Shown here piece after piece: positions 1 through 11,991 of a DNA stretch of 64,000 bases. Every line of letters starts with the position of its first letter. The stretch's first letter is position 1. Below the pieces are notes generated by a model. That model saw only the letters and a list, made by a program, of their open reading frames with translations, had not been told where the DNA came from and did no database searches. The stretch comes from Saprolegnia diclina VS20 (taxonomy: Eukaryota). Both the position numbers and the translations under genes were made by a program. The DNA lies in the NCBI RefSeq assembly GCF_000281045.1, contig NW_008246138.1:98734-162733 (forward strand). Direction: 5' to 3'.

Positions 1-247
1 ATACGAGCCTCGTGGCACACTCTCGTGCAAGCACGAGTTCCAAATGTGAGATGCCAGAACTAACGTGCGACCGACCCACATGGCCCAACATGAGGCTTAT
101 TCTCCGCCTCGTCTTCTCGTGCTAGCCGCAGGGGCCAACTAGCTTCAGTAATCGCAGCCGTCACTGCTGTTCAAGACGATGGACCTTCGACTAACTCAGC
201 TCCAAGTCCGTCATGCTCACGAAGAAACGTAGAATTATGCAGTTGAT

Positions 248-3200
248 TTAGAGTTTGCGGTAGCCGGGCCAGTCGGGCGGCGCCACAAAGGCGTATTTGC
301 CCATGTACTCCATGAGCGCTTCGGCCGGGCCGTCGTGGGGCTTGAGGTGCGCGAGGAGGAAGTCCAATGTGTCATGCGCCTCCCGCCACGCGCCTGCGTT
401 TCATCAACCACCACGCTACATGAGGTCGCCTACCGCGGAGGTACTCGTTCACGCCCTTCTCAAACGTCGACGTAAAGCCGTTGAGAAGCCCCATTTGCAG
501 CAGGGGGACGTCGGCCACGCCGCGCACGTGGCGAACATTCTGGTTGACGTAGTCGCACGTGTAGAGCGCCATGGGCTTGGCGCAGCCGTCAAAGAGGACG
601 CAGTCAATGCAGCGGCAAAACTGCTGCAGTTGCGGCGACAATAGATTGTAGAACGAGTGCGACATGATGAGCGGAATGTGGTAGAGCTTGGTCGTCGACT
701 CGAGCGTCGACGCCATGTTGACGTCCGACGAGAGGTACGACGCATCGATCTTGTACTTGCTCCCGATCGCCCCTACATCGCAGTGAGATGCGCGTTGCTG
801 ATGACGCGCCGACCGTCAATGGCCCAGCCAACGTGGAGACCATAGCCCATCTTGACCTAAGAGCCGTGAAACTCAACGTGAAAAACAAGCGTATGCACCT
901 GAAAAGGCGACTCGAACCGCGTTTGGAGCAGTTTGTTGGTCGTGTACGCTTTGAGTTTGGGCGAAATGTCAATGTCCACCATCGTTTTGAGAAACGCCAT
1001 GAGCGCATTGTCGGCCGCCGTCGCGACGTAGACCTTGGACTGCGCCATCTTCTTGGACCCTTCTTCGTCAAAGAAGAGAAAGTCGAGTTCGGCGCCCGAG
1101 GTCGTCGTGAGGTGCGCCGGTGGCCGCGCTTGGTTGATGACGGCGACGTCCGGCGAGTCTTCGGGAATTTTCCACACGAGGAGGAACGCGTCGCCGACGT
1201 TCTTGTTGGCGTGGCCGTCAAACGTGTAGGCGGCGTGATGGACAATGTGTCCGATCGTGTTGGTGAACATCATGACTTGCTCCTGGAGACACTCGGTGAT
1301 GTCGGTGAAGCGCCGAATGTCGCAAAAACCAAAGACCGCGTGGACCTTCTTGCCGGCAATGATCGGGTTGAACTCGGCGCCCATCATGTTTTTCGAGATG
1401 ATGGCCGAGCCCGCCGAGCCGTACCCGATCTGCAGCAGCCGCGCGACCTTTGTCAGCGTATTCTGGAGCAGCTTCATCTCGTACATGGGCTTTTCCTCGT
1501 CGACGGCCGAGACCGACTTGGTCGGGTTGAGCGCCAACTGCTGCGTCAAGCTCACCTAGAACCGAGTTAGCTTTCCGTGTTGATAACTTGATACAAAGAA
1601 CCATGCGCTCGACCGGCAAGATGACGCGCTTGTACACGTCGAGCGTGAGGAGCATACCGCCACTCGCAAAGCACGAGATGATGAAGAGAGTGCGAACAAT
1701 CTCCCAGATCGCCTACGTCCATAGTCGACACGAGGACGAGAAGGCGGACGCACCTCCGACTTGGCAGCGGGCCCGCCGTCAAAGACCGCAATGCTCTGGC
1801 ACGGAATCTCCGGACTTGGCCACGTGCAGTTGGACGGAACCGCGACAACGTTGAGGTACTCGACGCGGTAGCTGGTGAGAACGGTTGACGCGTAGATCGC
1901 CGACCCGTTGAAGGTGACGGCGTCGATGGGCCACGGCACGTGGGCGTACGTTTGCATGGCCGTGTGGACAGCTGACGCATTGGCGCGCGCAATGTACAAG
2001 TAGACTGGCTCCGTCGCGTTGATGTACGCAGCGAGCTCCCGGTTAAAGAGTGTATTGAGCGGCCCGTCGGCCCACATGTGGAGCTTGGTGAGGCCATACG
2101 TTATCGGCGAGACATCTCGGGGCGTGTAGCACTAGGTTCATATGGAGTTGACGTGCTTTAGAAGCAATAAGACCTCGGTCAGAATGATGAGCACGGCGAG
2201 GAGGAGGAAAATGACGTGGCGGATCGTCGAGTCGGCGACCTTTTCACCGAGCCGGCTCGCGTAAAAGGTGAGCTGGCTGATCTTGTTGTTGCTCGTCATG
2301 TCTTCTTCGTACGCCTCCTCCATCGCCAATAACATCTTGTGAAACTTGGCGGCCGATAACGCAAAAGTCCGCATCGGCGCCGTGTTGGTGCTCGATGCGA
2401 CGCGCGCACAAAAGTTGTGGCGCGCGTCGTCCGGCGGCGGGTACCCCCGGTACGCCCCCCGCAGCAATAGCTCAATGTGTTCCATCGTATAGACCATTGG
2501 GCGTCCGTCGGGCAATGCAAAGATGCGCTTGAGGTCCTCGGGCGAAAACGTCGCGCGCGGACCATCACTTGGCAGCGGCGGGGACACGGACGCCGTCGAC
2601 GCACGATTCTGCTTGACGAGCGAGAGGCGGCGCGGGCGGTACGAGCGCTTGACCATGATTTGCTTGAACATCTTGAAGAGCGTGGCCATGCGCACCATCC
2701 GCAGCATACGCGCGAGGCGGAAGCCGGCCACCTTGGCGATCTTGGCTCCGCCCGAGAGCGAGAGGTGGCTCACTTGGCTGTGAAAGTTTATGAACGGCAC
2801 TTCGGTGAGCAGCGTCACGGACGAGGCGAGGTCGAGCCAAAAGTAAAAGCTCCAGCGGTACGACGGAAGCACAATCGAGGTCAATACCACGTCCAAAAGC
2901 ATCACGACGAGCACGAGGACGGTGCAGACGCCGTACGCCAAGTCGCCGCGCACGCTCGTGCTGGCGATGCGCATATTGTCCGAGAAGGTCGCGTAGAGCG
3001 ACGCGAGGAAGAGACTGACGACGACCGCGTTGTGCTCGCTAAAGCGCGTCAGCCGCTCCATGATGCGCTCGCGTCGACTCAAATGCTTGTGCTCGAGCGG
3101 CCGTGAGAGCGCGCGGATGAGCTCGATCTGCGGTGCCGTGAGCGCGCGCCGGCTCTCGGCCTCCCACTGCCGCCGATTCGCCTCGGCAATGTCTTGGAGA

Positions 3201-4208
3201 AAGCTTGCGGCCGGCAGGAACTCGGCGAGAAGCGAGAGCGTCGGCTGCAGCATGAGGCGCACAAAGTTGGCTTGGATCTCGGACGTATTGATCTGGTCGG
3301 CGTTCCGGAAGGTCGAAACGACGAGGCCTTCGCGCTTCTCGAGCGCGCCCTGTTCAAAGAACTCGCTCATTATTAGGTCGGTCCAGTGCTCGGCCAGCGT
3401 CCACTCCTTGGCCGGGTTGCAAATGTCGGCCGTGTGCAGAAGGAACCCGCAGTAGACGTACGCGTCTTCTTCCAGTAGCGTCGACGACCCGCGGGGGAGC
3501 GCGCGCATCTTGCGCAAGAGTTCGCTATGGATGCTTACGTCCGTGTACATGATGCAGCGTGCGATTGTCTTGGCGATGCGCAGCGATTCCTATTTGTATA
3601 TGGTAGCCTCCCACGCCACGATATGGGTAGGACAGTACCTGTGTCTCGAGCGTGGCGAGGAAGCCGTGTTGCTTGACGAGCGCCATCGTGCGCGCCGTGT
3701 GCATGCTCTCAAGCACCGGGTTGCGGTACGTCAGCGTCAGCGGGTGGCCAGAGTTGACAAGGAACTGGTTGGTGAGGCCGACGTGGCCAATGTCGTGGCA
3801 GAGCGACGCGATGAGAAGCGCCGACGCAGTTCGCGGTGAGAGGTAGGCGTGGCCGTGGAAGCCGCGCAAGAAGACAGCGACAGTCTGCATGACGTCGACC
3901 GCGTGGAGAAAGGTGTGGTAGCGGCGGCTCACGACCGGCTGCGTCGTGCGCTCGACGTAGCCTTGCTGCACGTCGGCATAGAAGGCGCCGATGGCCTCGA
4001 GCGAGAGGCCAAAGACCTCATGGAGCTCAAAGAACACCGAGAGCCGCTGGACGAACGCAAGCTGCGACGGTGGCGTCGAGAGCTCAAAGACGTTGAAGTT
4101 CCAGTTGGTGAAGTCGTCGCCGACGAGGCCGTCGGTCGCGAGCAGTTGCTTCTCGACCGCCTTGGACGTCGACCGCCGGTGCTTGGGCACCCGCGGTGAC
4201 AGCAGCAT
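248..4208 (-). CDS. Multidomain cyclic-nucleotide signalling protein: class I PDE + voltage-sensor-like TM module + class III adenylyl cyclase (8 exons, ~1219 aa)
   Basis: Exons 4208-3639, 3589-2174, 2131-1754, 1712-1602, 1555-899, 856-814, 772-434, 393-248 join in frame via 40-49 nt GT-AG introns. PDE motifs YHTFLHAVDV, HDIGHVGLTNQF, HTADICNP, EFFEQG. S4-like RLARMLRMVR. Cyclase motifs FGFCDIRRFT, NKNVGDAFLLVWK, GLHVGWAIDGAIGS, C-terminal APPDWPGYRKL. Confidence 0.88.
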
Positions 4209-4350
4209 CGCGTCCGTCGAGCAAGTTGCTGTTTCAAGCAGCAGTTGCGCACGTCGGTTTCGCGGTTAAAATCGGCATGTGCCTCTAATGCCGAATGCTA
4301 CACTAGCAAAGTTCCGTGCAGTCGAATATGCAAAAGGCAAATATATTCAT

Positions 4351-5478
4351 CTACTTTTTGCCAAAAAAATCCATCAAGTTGCTTTGCTTGGCTGTGCCAG
4401 ACGTCTTGAGCACGCGCTTCTTCTTGGGTGGCGGCGCCGGCAGCTTGGCCGAGACGCGCGGCTTGGGGGCGACAGGCGGCGCGGGCTCCTCGTCGCCGCT
4501 CGCGACGTCTTCGTACACGCTCTCGTTGACCATGTAGCCGTGCTCGTCGATGCGCGCCTTGGTGACGAGGCGTTGGCGCTTGGCAGGTGGCGCTGTTGGT
4601 GGCTCGGGTGATCGCTTCGGGGTCGCTTCTGGTGGCGGGGATGCTCGCTGCACGGGCGCAGCAGCTTTGGGCGCAGCAGCTTTGGGTGTAGGAGCTTTAG
4701 GTGTAGGAGCCTTTGGCGTAGGCGCCTTTGGCGTGGCAGCCTTGGGTATAGGAACCTTGGGAGCCGTCGTTGTTTTGGGTAGCGGATCGTCGTCGTCATC
4801 GTCATCATCGCTGTCGCACACTTTCAGACGCTTGTTGGTGGACTTGACAAACTTGGGCATCTCATCGTCGCTGTTGTCGCTCTCGTCATCGCTATCGATG
4901 ACGTGCGTCGCCTTCTTCTTCACCGGCGCAGGCTTGGACTTGCCAAAGAAGCCGCCCTTTGATGCCGCCGCCGGTTTGGCCGCGGGCTTGGACGATTTGG
5001 CAAACGTCGGGGTCGTCGAGATCGTTGGCTTCTTAAAGTCCTGAAACACACTCGCCGACTCGGCGCCTTTCTTGGCCTTGCCTTGGCGCTCTGTCGCGGC
5101 CGCGCACTGGACATCCGATGAGGTTGCGCTGCTAAACGACGCGGACGGGACACCGTCCGCGATCGTCGGGAACCACAGCGCGGTCTTGATCCCATCATCA
5201 ACGAGGCTTGGGCTCTCAGCCTTGGTTGCGGCGTGGATTGCGTACAGGCATTCGTTGGCGGCCACGCGCGAGAGCGAGATGGTCTTGCCGACGATCGCAT
5301 TGGTCGTTGGGTCTGTCGTGGTCTCGACGGCCACGTAGAGGGCGGCGACGGGCTCGGCGGCGAGTGCGTCTTCGAGGTATCCTCGGCTCTCGCTGAGGCT
5401 CACGCCTGCGGCGCGGCTGAGGCCCACGATGCTTGGGACCTCGTTGCGGTCGAGCATCGCTGCCAGCACGTCCGCCAT
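4351..5478 (-). CDS. POLD3: DNA polymerase delta subunit 3 (Cdc27/p66-like)
   Basis: 375 aa ORF with a long K/P/acidic low-complexity middle, a DEHGYMV motif and a C-terminal PCNA-binding PIP box KQSNLMDFFGKK. Confidence 0.8.
   Translation of the reverse strand: MADVLAAMLDRNEVPSIVGLSRAAGVSLSESRGYLEDALAAEPVAALYVAVETTTDPTTNAIVGKTISLSRVAANECLYAIHAATKAESPSLVDDGIKTALWFPTIADGVPSASFSSATSSDVQCAAATERQGKAKKGAESASVFQDFKKPTISTTPTFAKSSKPAAKPAAASKGGFFGKSKPAPVKKKATHVIDSDDESDNSDDEMPKFVKSTNKRLKVCDSDDDDDDDDPLPKTTTAPKVPIPKAATPKAPTPKAPTPKAPTPKAAAPKAAAPVQRASPPPEATPKRSPEPPTAPPAKRQRLVTKARIDEHGYMVNESVYEDVASGDEEPAPPVAPKPRVSAKLPAPPPKKKRVLKTSGTAKQSNLMDFFGKK
4657..4748 (-). repeat. Coding tandem repeat of ~15 nt (PKAxT/PKAAA pentapeptides) inside POLD3
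   Basis: Translation PKAATPKAPTPKAPTPKAPTPKAAAPKAAAP. Confidence 0.8.
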
Positions 5479-6329
5479 CTTGCAACGTGTGGTTTTGACC
5501 TCGCGCGAGTTTCGTCCTCAGCGACGCCCATTGGCTGAAAAGCGTGGGAAATGTCAGTGGTCTAAAATTGGCATGTGCCACACGCAATATGCCGATTCCG
5601 CCAACGATGTCGTTTTGATTGGCCAAAATGATTTTGTTTTGTGCTCCCCAAAACATGCCACGAGCTTGCATCCTGAGCTTTCTTTCGCTGCTTTTCATTA
5701 GCTTCACGCTCACTGCCTGTCTCTTTTAAGCTTGTTAGGTGCAACGAGTGTGCAGCGCTCGTCGTCAGTCGCCTCACGGTTGACGTTGCGAGGCGTCTGA
5801 GGTGCAGCGACAGCGTTATCGAGCAGAGCGCGATCGAATTGTGGGCACTAATTTCTTATTGCTTATTGCGATGTCTAACTGCATGGCGCCAACCGGTAGC
5901 GGTCTCGGAAAGCTCGACGCGTTGGAGCTTAACGTGGGTCAGGACAGACCTCTGCGCTGGGATCTCGAAGTACGAGTACTTACTCCTCTATGCACTTTTG
6001 ATAGCGAGTTCTTCAAGCATGACTAGAGCATTAGCAAAAGAAGGCACCATATCTGATTTGCGCTTGGCAAATCACTGCCGGTACTGTTGCTGTAGCTGTG
6101 AGAGGAGAGGCTGCTACCAGAAGCGTTATCCGTATGTTTGCTGTTTTACCGGAAAGATACCTAAGCCCACCTGCGTGCTTGGACGTCGCCCATTGGTGCC
6201 TCCTGCAAGCATCCGAGCTATGATTGGTGCAACTCGATAAGAAATCACATATTCAGCCAATCCGCGCCCTACTTGAAGTACGACCAGAACCTGGGGTTGG
6301 TATGGTTGCGAGAGGCTCACCATTGGAGC

Positions 6330-7142
6330 ATGATCAAAGCTGCGTCCACCAAGGCCACGGAGGCCACGCCGATGCACTGCGCGCCGACTCGCTATGGCGC
6401 CACGCTCCTGCCGATGCAAAAGAGTGGTCGGCGGCTCCGCAGCTTTGTGTGGTACTGTGTCACGAGCCCGCTCCAGCCATTTACGTGGCAGCTCGTCGTC
6501 TTCCATGCGCTCCACGTGCTCCTCGCAATCCTCTCGTGCCCGCTCGTGCTTGTCGGCACCGTCGCCAGCATTGCCCTGGTACCGCTCTGCTGCTTGGGCC
6601 TTGTCGTTGCCAAGCTCCTCATGCGCCTGGTGTCGTATCTGACGCAACTCGATGTCTACCTCCACAACTGCGCCACGCGACGAGGCAGCGACTGCCTTTT
6701 GCTTGAGGAAGACCGCGATCCGTACTGTCGTGACCGCACCCGCTTGGCAACGGTCTCGCAAGCGTCGATATGCCTCGTCGGCTACTACCTGCTTCTCAAA
6801 CCTCCACTTGCACTAGTCTGCAGTCTCGGCGCGCTGGGTGTTTTTGGCCTTTCTGTGGCAACGATCGCCGCGCCATTTGTCCAGAGCCTCCAATTTGAAG
6901 GGGTCCTTCTCGTGGGCCCACCCGACGCAGGTACTCGACTCTCGATGGTAATGCTGGGTCTGCTACGGCTCTACGTCGCCGTCTTCCTTCTTCACGTCTC
7001 GGCCAGCTGCATCAATGCGACCACGAAGCTCGTCACGAGCCAGTACATCGATGCGACCTCTCTGGGCTTGGCCAAAGCTGACCTAGCGTCGCGAGGCCTG
7101 ATCCAAGGCCAGCAGACGATGTTCTACAGCACAGTACTTTGA
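6330..7142 (+). CDS. Multi-pass membrane protein of unknown function (putative sensor-domain-like)
   Basis: Long ORF with about four hydrophobic segments; the start codon (6330 or 6372) is uncertain. Confidence 0.6.
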   Translation: MIKAASTKATEATPMHCAPTRYGATLLPMQKSGRRLRSFVWYCVTSPLQPFTWQLVVFHALHVLLAILSCPLVLVGTVASIALVPLCCLGLVVAKLLMRLVSYLTQLDVYLHNCATRRGSDCLLLEEDRDPYCRDRTRLATVSQASICLVGYYLLLKPPLALVCSLGALGVFGLSVATIAAPFVQSLQFEGVLLVGPPDAGTRLSMVMLGLLRLYVAVFLLHVSASCINATTKLVTSQYIDATSLGLAKADLASRGLIQGQQTMFYSTVL

Positions 7143-7829
7143 TAAGCGTTGCATTTGGTTGTTGAAGTGGGTCGTTTCAACGTTGGTTTTGCTACGTGTA
7201 CCGCGACAAGGCGTCCAGATCGACGTACACAGTCTGTGATTGCGCGCCAAATATGCTGAATGTGTGCTTTTGTTGAAGTTTTACCACAGAGTTTACGCGG
7301 TGGGCGCGACATCGGAGCGCGTGTCGGAGCGATGTTCTTGTGGCAAGAGAACTCGGGAGTGGTGATCCATGTGACGAAGCATTTCATATTCGTTTCGCAT
7401 GTCGCAGATGCTGCGCTCTCTCGGGTCAAAACTGGCATGAACTGCTCACTGGATGGCCTGCATTTCAGACGCCAAGCTGCTCCATGGGTTGAGCGTCGGA
7501 AGCTACCAGCGTCGCCACGCAGGGTTCTTTTTGAAACTAACCGCATTTCCCCATCGCTCAAAGCGCGAACTGCACGGTAGGCGCATCAAATCACATTGTG
7601 TTCGGACGTTCATTTTATACTGCAATGTACAGTAGCAGTATAGTGTAGGCAGCTGAATCCTATCCACTGAACCCTGTGCGTTGAAGGAGGGTTGATGCGC
7701 TGGGCTTGTCGCACGATACGCTACCTGAGATGCTATCGTGATCGCACAACTGCTTTTCACCAGCATCCAAGTCGGAACAATTCTGTCAGCAACAGAATCT
7801 AATTCCGTCGTTATCTTCAAGCGACAACC

Positions 7830-10800
7830 ATGCTGCAGCGCGCCGGCAGCAAGGTGCTCGCGCCGCTCACCGGCCGCCTCCGCATCAACGTCGGCAAGCG
7901 CCGGCCCGTCGGTACCGATGCCAAGTCTCGCCGTACGCCTTTGCGATCCTACCATCGTGATGCCTCACGCCTGCTCTACTAGAGATCTTCAAGGCAACGC
8001 TCGGACTCGCCATGCGGTCCGGCCTCGGAGTGCTACTCGCCTCGGCCTTTATGACGCAGTCGTCGGACCCACAAAAGCTCTGGGCGGCCTTCCCCGAATG
8101 GTACATCCTCGGCGGCGTCAGCTTTGTCGCTGTCTCGTGCGTCATCGCCACCGGCCGCAACGTGGGCGCGACGCTCTGCCAAGTCTTCCAGCAAAAGCTC
8201 GGGATCGCATTGGCCTTTGCGTTCAACGCACTTCTCTTCTACAACTTTCAGCCGCGCCTCTTCCACTCCCAAAGCGAAGGTACCAGCGTCTCAACTTACG
8301 TACTCATTCTGATGGGATTCTTAGTCGACGCGGCACTGGCTGACGGCACCCTCCTGCGCGTCACACAGTCCTTCAGCGGCGAGCCGTACATGGTCAACAA
8401 CCGCGACTTTTGCACGGTCTTGCCCTTTATGATGGGCTTCAACGCGCTCATTTTGACCTTGCCCTTTGTACGTTATATTGTCTATCAAGACAAAGACACT
8501 ACATATCCCATGTCTCGCGTTAGGCGTCGGGCACGCGCAAGTTTGCGATGGTCAACAACCTCTTCTTCGCGCTCACCGTCGTGAGCCCCAACGACTACAA
8601 GGACCCGACACGGCTCAAGGCCGCCAACAACACCATGTACCAGAGCGAGACGATCGTCTGGAACCTGTGCATCTACATGTGCCTCGGCCTCATTGGCGTC
8701 ACGCTCTCGTTCGTCGTCGCCTGGATCCCCTACCCGCTCTTGTACGACAACTCGTAGCATCTCATTTTCAACTGATTCATATTGGGTAGCGCGATCCGGA
8801 ATCTCCAAGCAGAGACTTTAGCTGCCAGCGAAACCATCGCCGAGCTCCTTCGGCTCATGGTGGACGCCTACTGCTTCAAGAAGAAGCACGTCGACCAGAT
8901 GCACTTTCTGCGCGTCAAGCTCCAGCGCAAATTTGAACTCGCAACCGCCAAGAAGGACGCGATGAGTTCGCTGCTCCAGGACGCGTGGTGGGAGCAGTGC
9001 ATCGGCCTTGCCTCGGTTCTCCACTTTAAGAAGACAGTCGTCAAGCCGTACATTACGCTCTACGCGTCGCTTCTCAACTCGCTCAAAGCGATGAGCCAAG
9101 CGATGCGCCTCGAGCGCTACGACCGACTTCACCGCAGCTTCATTCTGGAGCTCCAACCCGACATTTGCGCCGTCCAAGTACACGCGATGGCGCTTCTGCA
9201 AGAGATCTCGCACCACGTCCACGCCGGCCACACACGTACGACTCCTGTTCCAAATCGGACCAACTGAATCCTTGCTCTAGAATTCCACTTGGAGCATGCC
9301 GAAGCTCTGGAGCGCCACGTCGATCACTTGCTCGCGCGCTTCCATGCGACACAAACAGCGCTGTACACCAAAATGCACGCAACGCCGGGGGACGTCGAGG
9401 GCACGATGCCGCTGCACCTCTTTGTCTTTGCGCTCGAGTCGCTCGCTGGCGCGATGCTTGAGTTTCCAGAAATGCTGCGACTCAAAAACCACAATACGGT
9501 ATATTCCACATTCTGATTCTGGTGGGCTAACCACATTTTTGGCTCGATAGACGACGCGCATCCACCATTTTGTGCTGCGGTCTTTGCAGTCGTTTGTCGA
9601 TCCGGCGCAGTACACGCTGGGGAAGCTCCAGATTGCATGCAAGGTCTGGGTCGCACTGCTCCTCGCGAGCTTTGCCTCGGTCTACGTCTTTGGCTTTGCG
9701 TCCACGACCGCAACCACCATTGCGTACATCATGGGCAACCAAATCGGTGCGCTCTCGCTCGATACCTTGATACAATTCTCACGTAATGTAGGGGGCTCGT
9801 TTGGGATTTCGCTCCTCCGCGCGGTCGGTGTTGTCGCCGGCGTCATCGTGCCGTCCATTGCGCTCTTCTTCATCTGCGCCTACGGCGGCGAGCACCGCGC
9901 GCTGGTCGTCGCACTGCGCGATATTTTTCTGTTTCTCTGGACCACCATGTCCATGTACGTCAAGTGGAAAGGGGGGCTGGATGCGTACGCAGGTCTCGTC
10001 TCGGCCTTTATCGCCGCTGGCATTTTGCTGCCGGATGACATGTGCCCAGCCCCCGGGTCCTTGACGTCCTACGCCAACATTGCCCAGATGACGCTCGGTG
10101 TCCTCCTCATTGTGAGCGTCGAGCTCCTACTCTGGCCCAGCTCGGCGTTCATTCTCGTGCGCAAGAACGTGCAGAAGCATCTTGCGCTCGTCCAAGGCGC
10201 GTTCACGATCCTCTTCGAGCACAGCCTCAAGAGCGAAGGCGCGATGGACCCGGCGACGCTCGACGAGATGCGCGTGATTGTCCAGACGACGGTCCCGAGT
10301 CTTCTCGCCGAGCAAGAGGTCTTGCGCAAGGAGGCGATGTTTGAGCCGCGCTTGTGGCGTCTCGCCTTCTCCCAGCGCCGCTACGACAAGGTCATCGAGA
10401 CGTGCGAGCAGCTCCTCGTGCACACCATGATCCTCTACAAGGTCGTGCTTTGGTTCCAGCACCAGCGACCGCAGGACGTTGCCAAGAGGATGAGCACGTC
10501 GTCGTCGTCGGTCACGGAGGACTCTGTGGTTTTGACGAGCCCGCGCGAGGCGTGGACGTTCTCGACATCAGACGTCGGCGCGGCGATCCACGACACGTTC
10601 GACACGCTGCACGTGCTCTTTGGCAGCCAGTTTTGGTACGCCGATGTCGACCAGGCGGCGCTCTTTAGCCAGATGAAGGAGGCGTTCCGAGGGGCCGACT
10701 CGGATCGCAACGGTGTCCTCGACAGCAGCGACGTCAAGGGCCTTCTCCTGCGCATCTTTGAGCAGTCGGGTGCTGTGCCGCTCGACGCGCTCGACCAGTA

Positions 10801-11245
10801 TGTGGCCGACTTTATGGACATTGTCGACCCGACCAAGAGCGGGTCGGTGTCGTTTCCGGCGTTCATGCAAGCGCTCGAGAACGGTCTCTTGCTCGAAGTC
10901 GAACTGCAGTCCAAAGCGCCACCGCTCAAGCGGCTCGACAGCATCCAAGTCGTAGTGGACGCAAGCCCGCTTCTGACGCCGAGCTCGTGCGAAGTGCTGC
11001 CGCCGATGGACATTGAGATCCTTGGCGGCGTCTCGCACGCGTACGATATTTTGGACGTCGAAACATGCTCGCTCCTCGACGCAACGACGGCGATGCGGCA
11101 CTCGTTTGCATCGTGGGTGCTCGAGGCAAGACGGTTCCAGGGCCTCCCGATGGAGGAGCTCCTCCTTCTCAACAGTTTGATCAGCGGCGTGAGCGGCATC
11201 GCAACCAACCTCGCGCTCCTGGAGGAAACTACCGTGCAGCCGTAG
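7830..11245 (+). CDS. FUSC/ALMT (aromatic acid exporter)-like membrane transporter with C-terminal EF-hand pair, multi-exon
   Basis: Two repeated TM blocks with NVGATL and NVGGSF...RAVGVVAG motifs separated by helical linkers. EF-hand loops DSDRNGVLDSSD and DPTKSGSVSFPA. Short introns between ORF pieces 8012-8584, 8548-8757, 8782-9267, 9289-9516, 9572-11245. Confidence 0.7.
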
Positions 11246-11313
11246 ACTGACAACGCATAATTGATGTACACTAGTGTCATATTGTCGTATTCTGGTAGTC
11301 GAAGAGGATGCGT

Positions 11314-11991
11314 TCACTGTGGCGCGAGCTTGTACATGCGGTACGAGCGCACCGAGTCTTTTGTGGCCCCCGAGAGACAGCGCTCGTCGAGGACGTTGAG
11401 ACCTGCGGCTTGGAACGTACGCAGAAGGTCGGCTTCGTACGTGGCGGCCCCAAAGTCGATCGTCGTGAAAAACTTGAGCAGCGGTTTGCCCATCTCGACG
11501 AGGCGCGACGAGCGCGTCTGGATCGTCTGCGTGACGTAGATGTGGCCACCAGGTGCAAGGAAGAACGTGCAATGACGCAGCGCCGCCACCGGGTCCGGCA
11601 TGATCATGAGCGACGCGCTAAAGTAGACGGCGCCGTACGTTGTGGCCGGCGCAAAATCATAAATCGATGCGTGCTGGACCGAGACAGCATCTTGGCAGCC
11701 AGCGCGCGCAATGTTGGCGTGGCAGTCCGCCACGTAGTCGGCGTCATAGTCGACGCCATCGACGACAATGGCCTTCTCGCGCACGAGGTCGAGGTTCTGG
11801 AGCAGCGCCTGGCCCGTGCCTATGCCGACGTCGAGGACGCGGGCGGTGGCTGGCAGATCGTCGAGGACCGCTTTGTACCAGCCCGCCGTGAGTTGCACGA
11901 TCAGGAGATCGTAGATGCGCCCGCGAAGGAACTTGGTGCCCACAAGCAGTGCGAGCGCAACCGCTGCAGCCGTCGCAAGATGGGCTTGCAT
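11314..11991 (-). CDS. Class I SAM-dependent methyltransferase with N-terminal membrane anchor
   Basis: Motif I VLDVGIGTG, post-motif GVDYD, LAPGG; hydrophobic N-terminus; intronless. Confidence 0.85.
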   Translation of the reverse strand: MQAHLATAAAVALALLVGTKFLRGRIYDLLIVQLTAGWYKAVLDDLPATARVLDVGIGTGQALLQNLDLVREKAIVVDGVDYDADYVADCHANIARAGCQDAVSVQHASIYDFAPATTYGAVYFSASLMIMPDPVAALRHCTFFLAPGGHIYVTQTIQTRSSRLVEMGKPLLKFFTTIDFGAATYEADLLRTFQAAGLNVLDERCLSGATKDSVRSYRMYKLAPQ

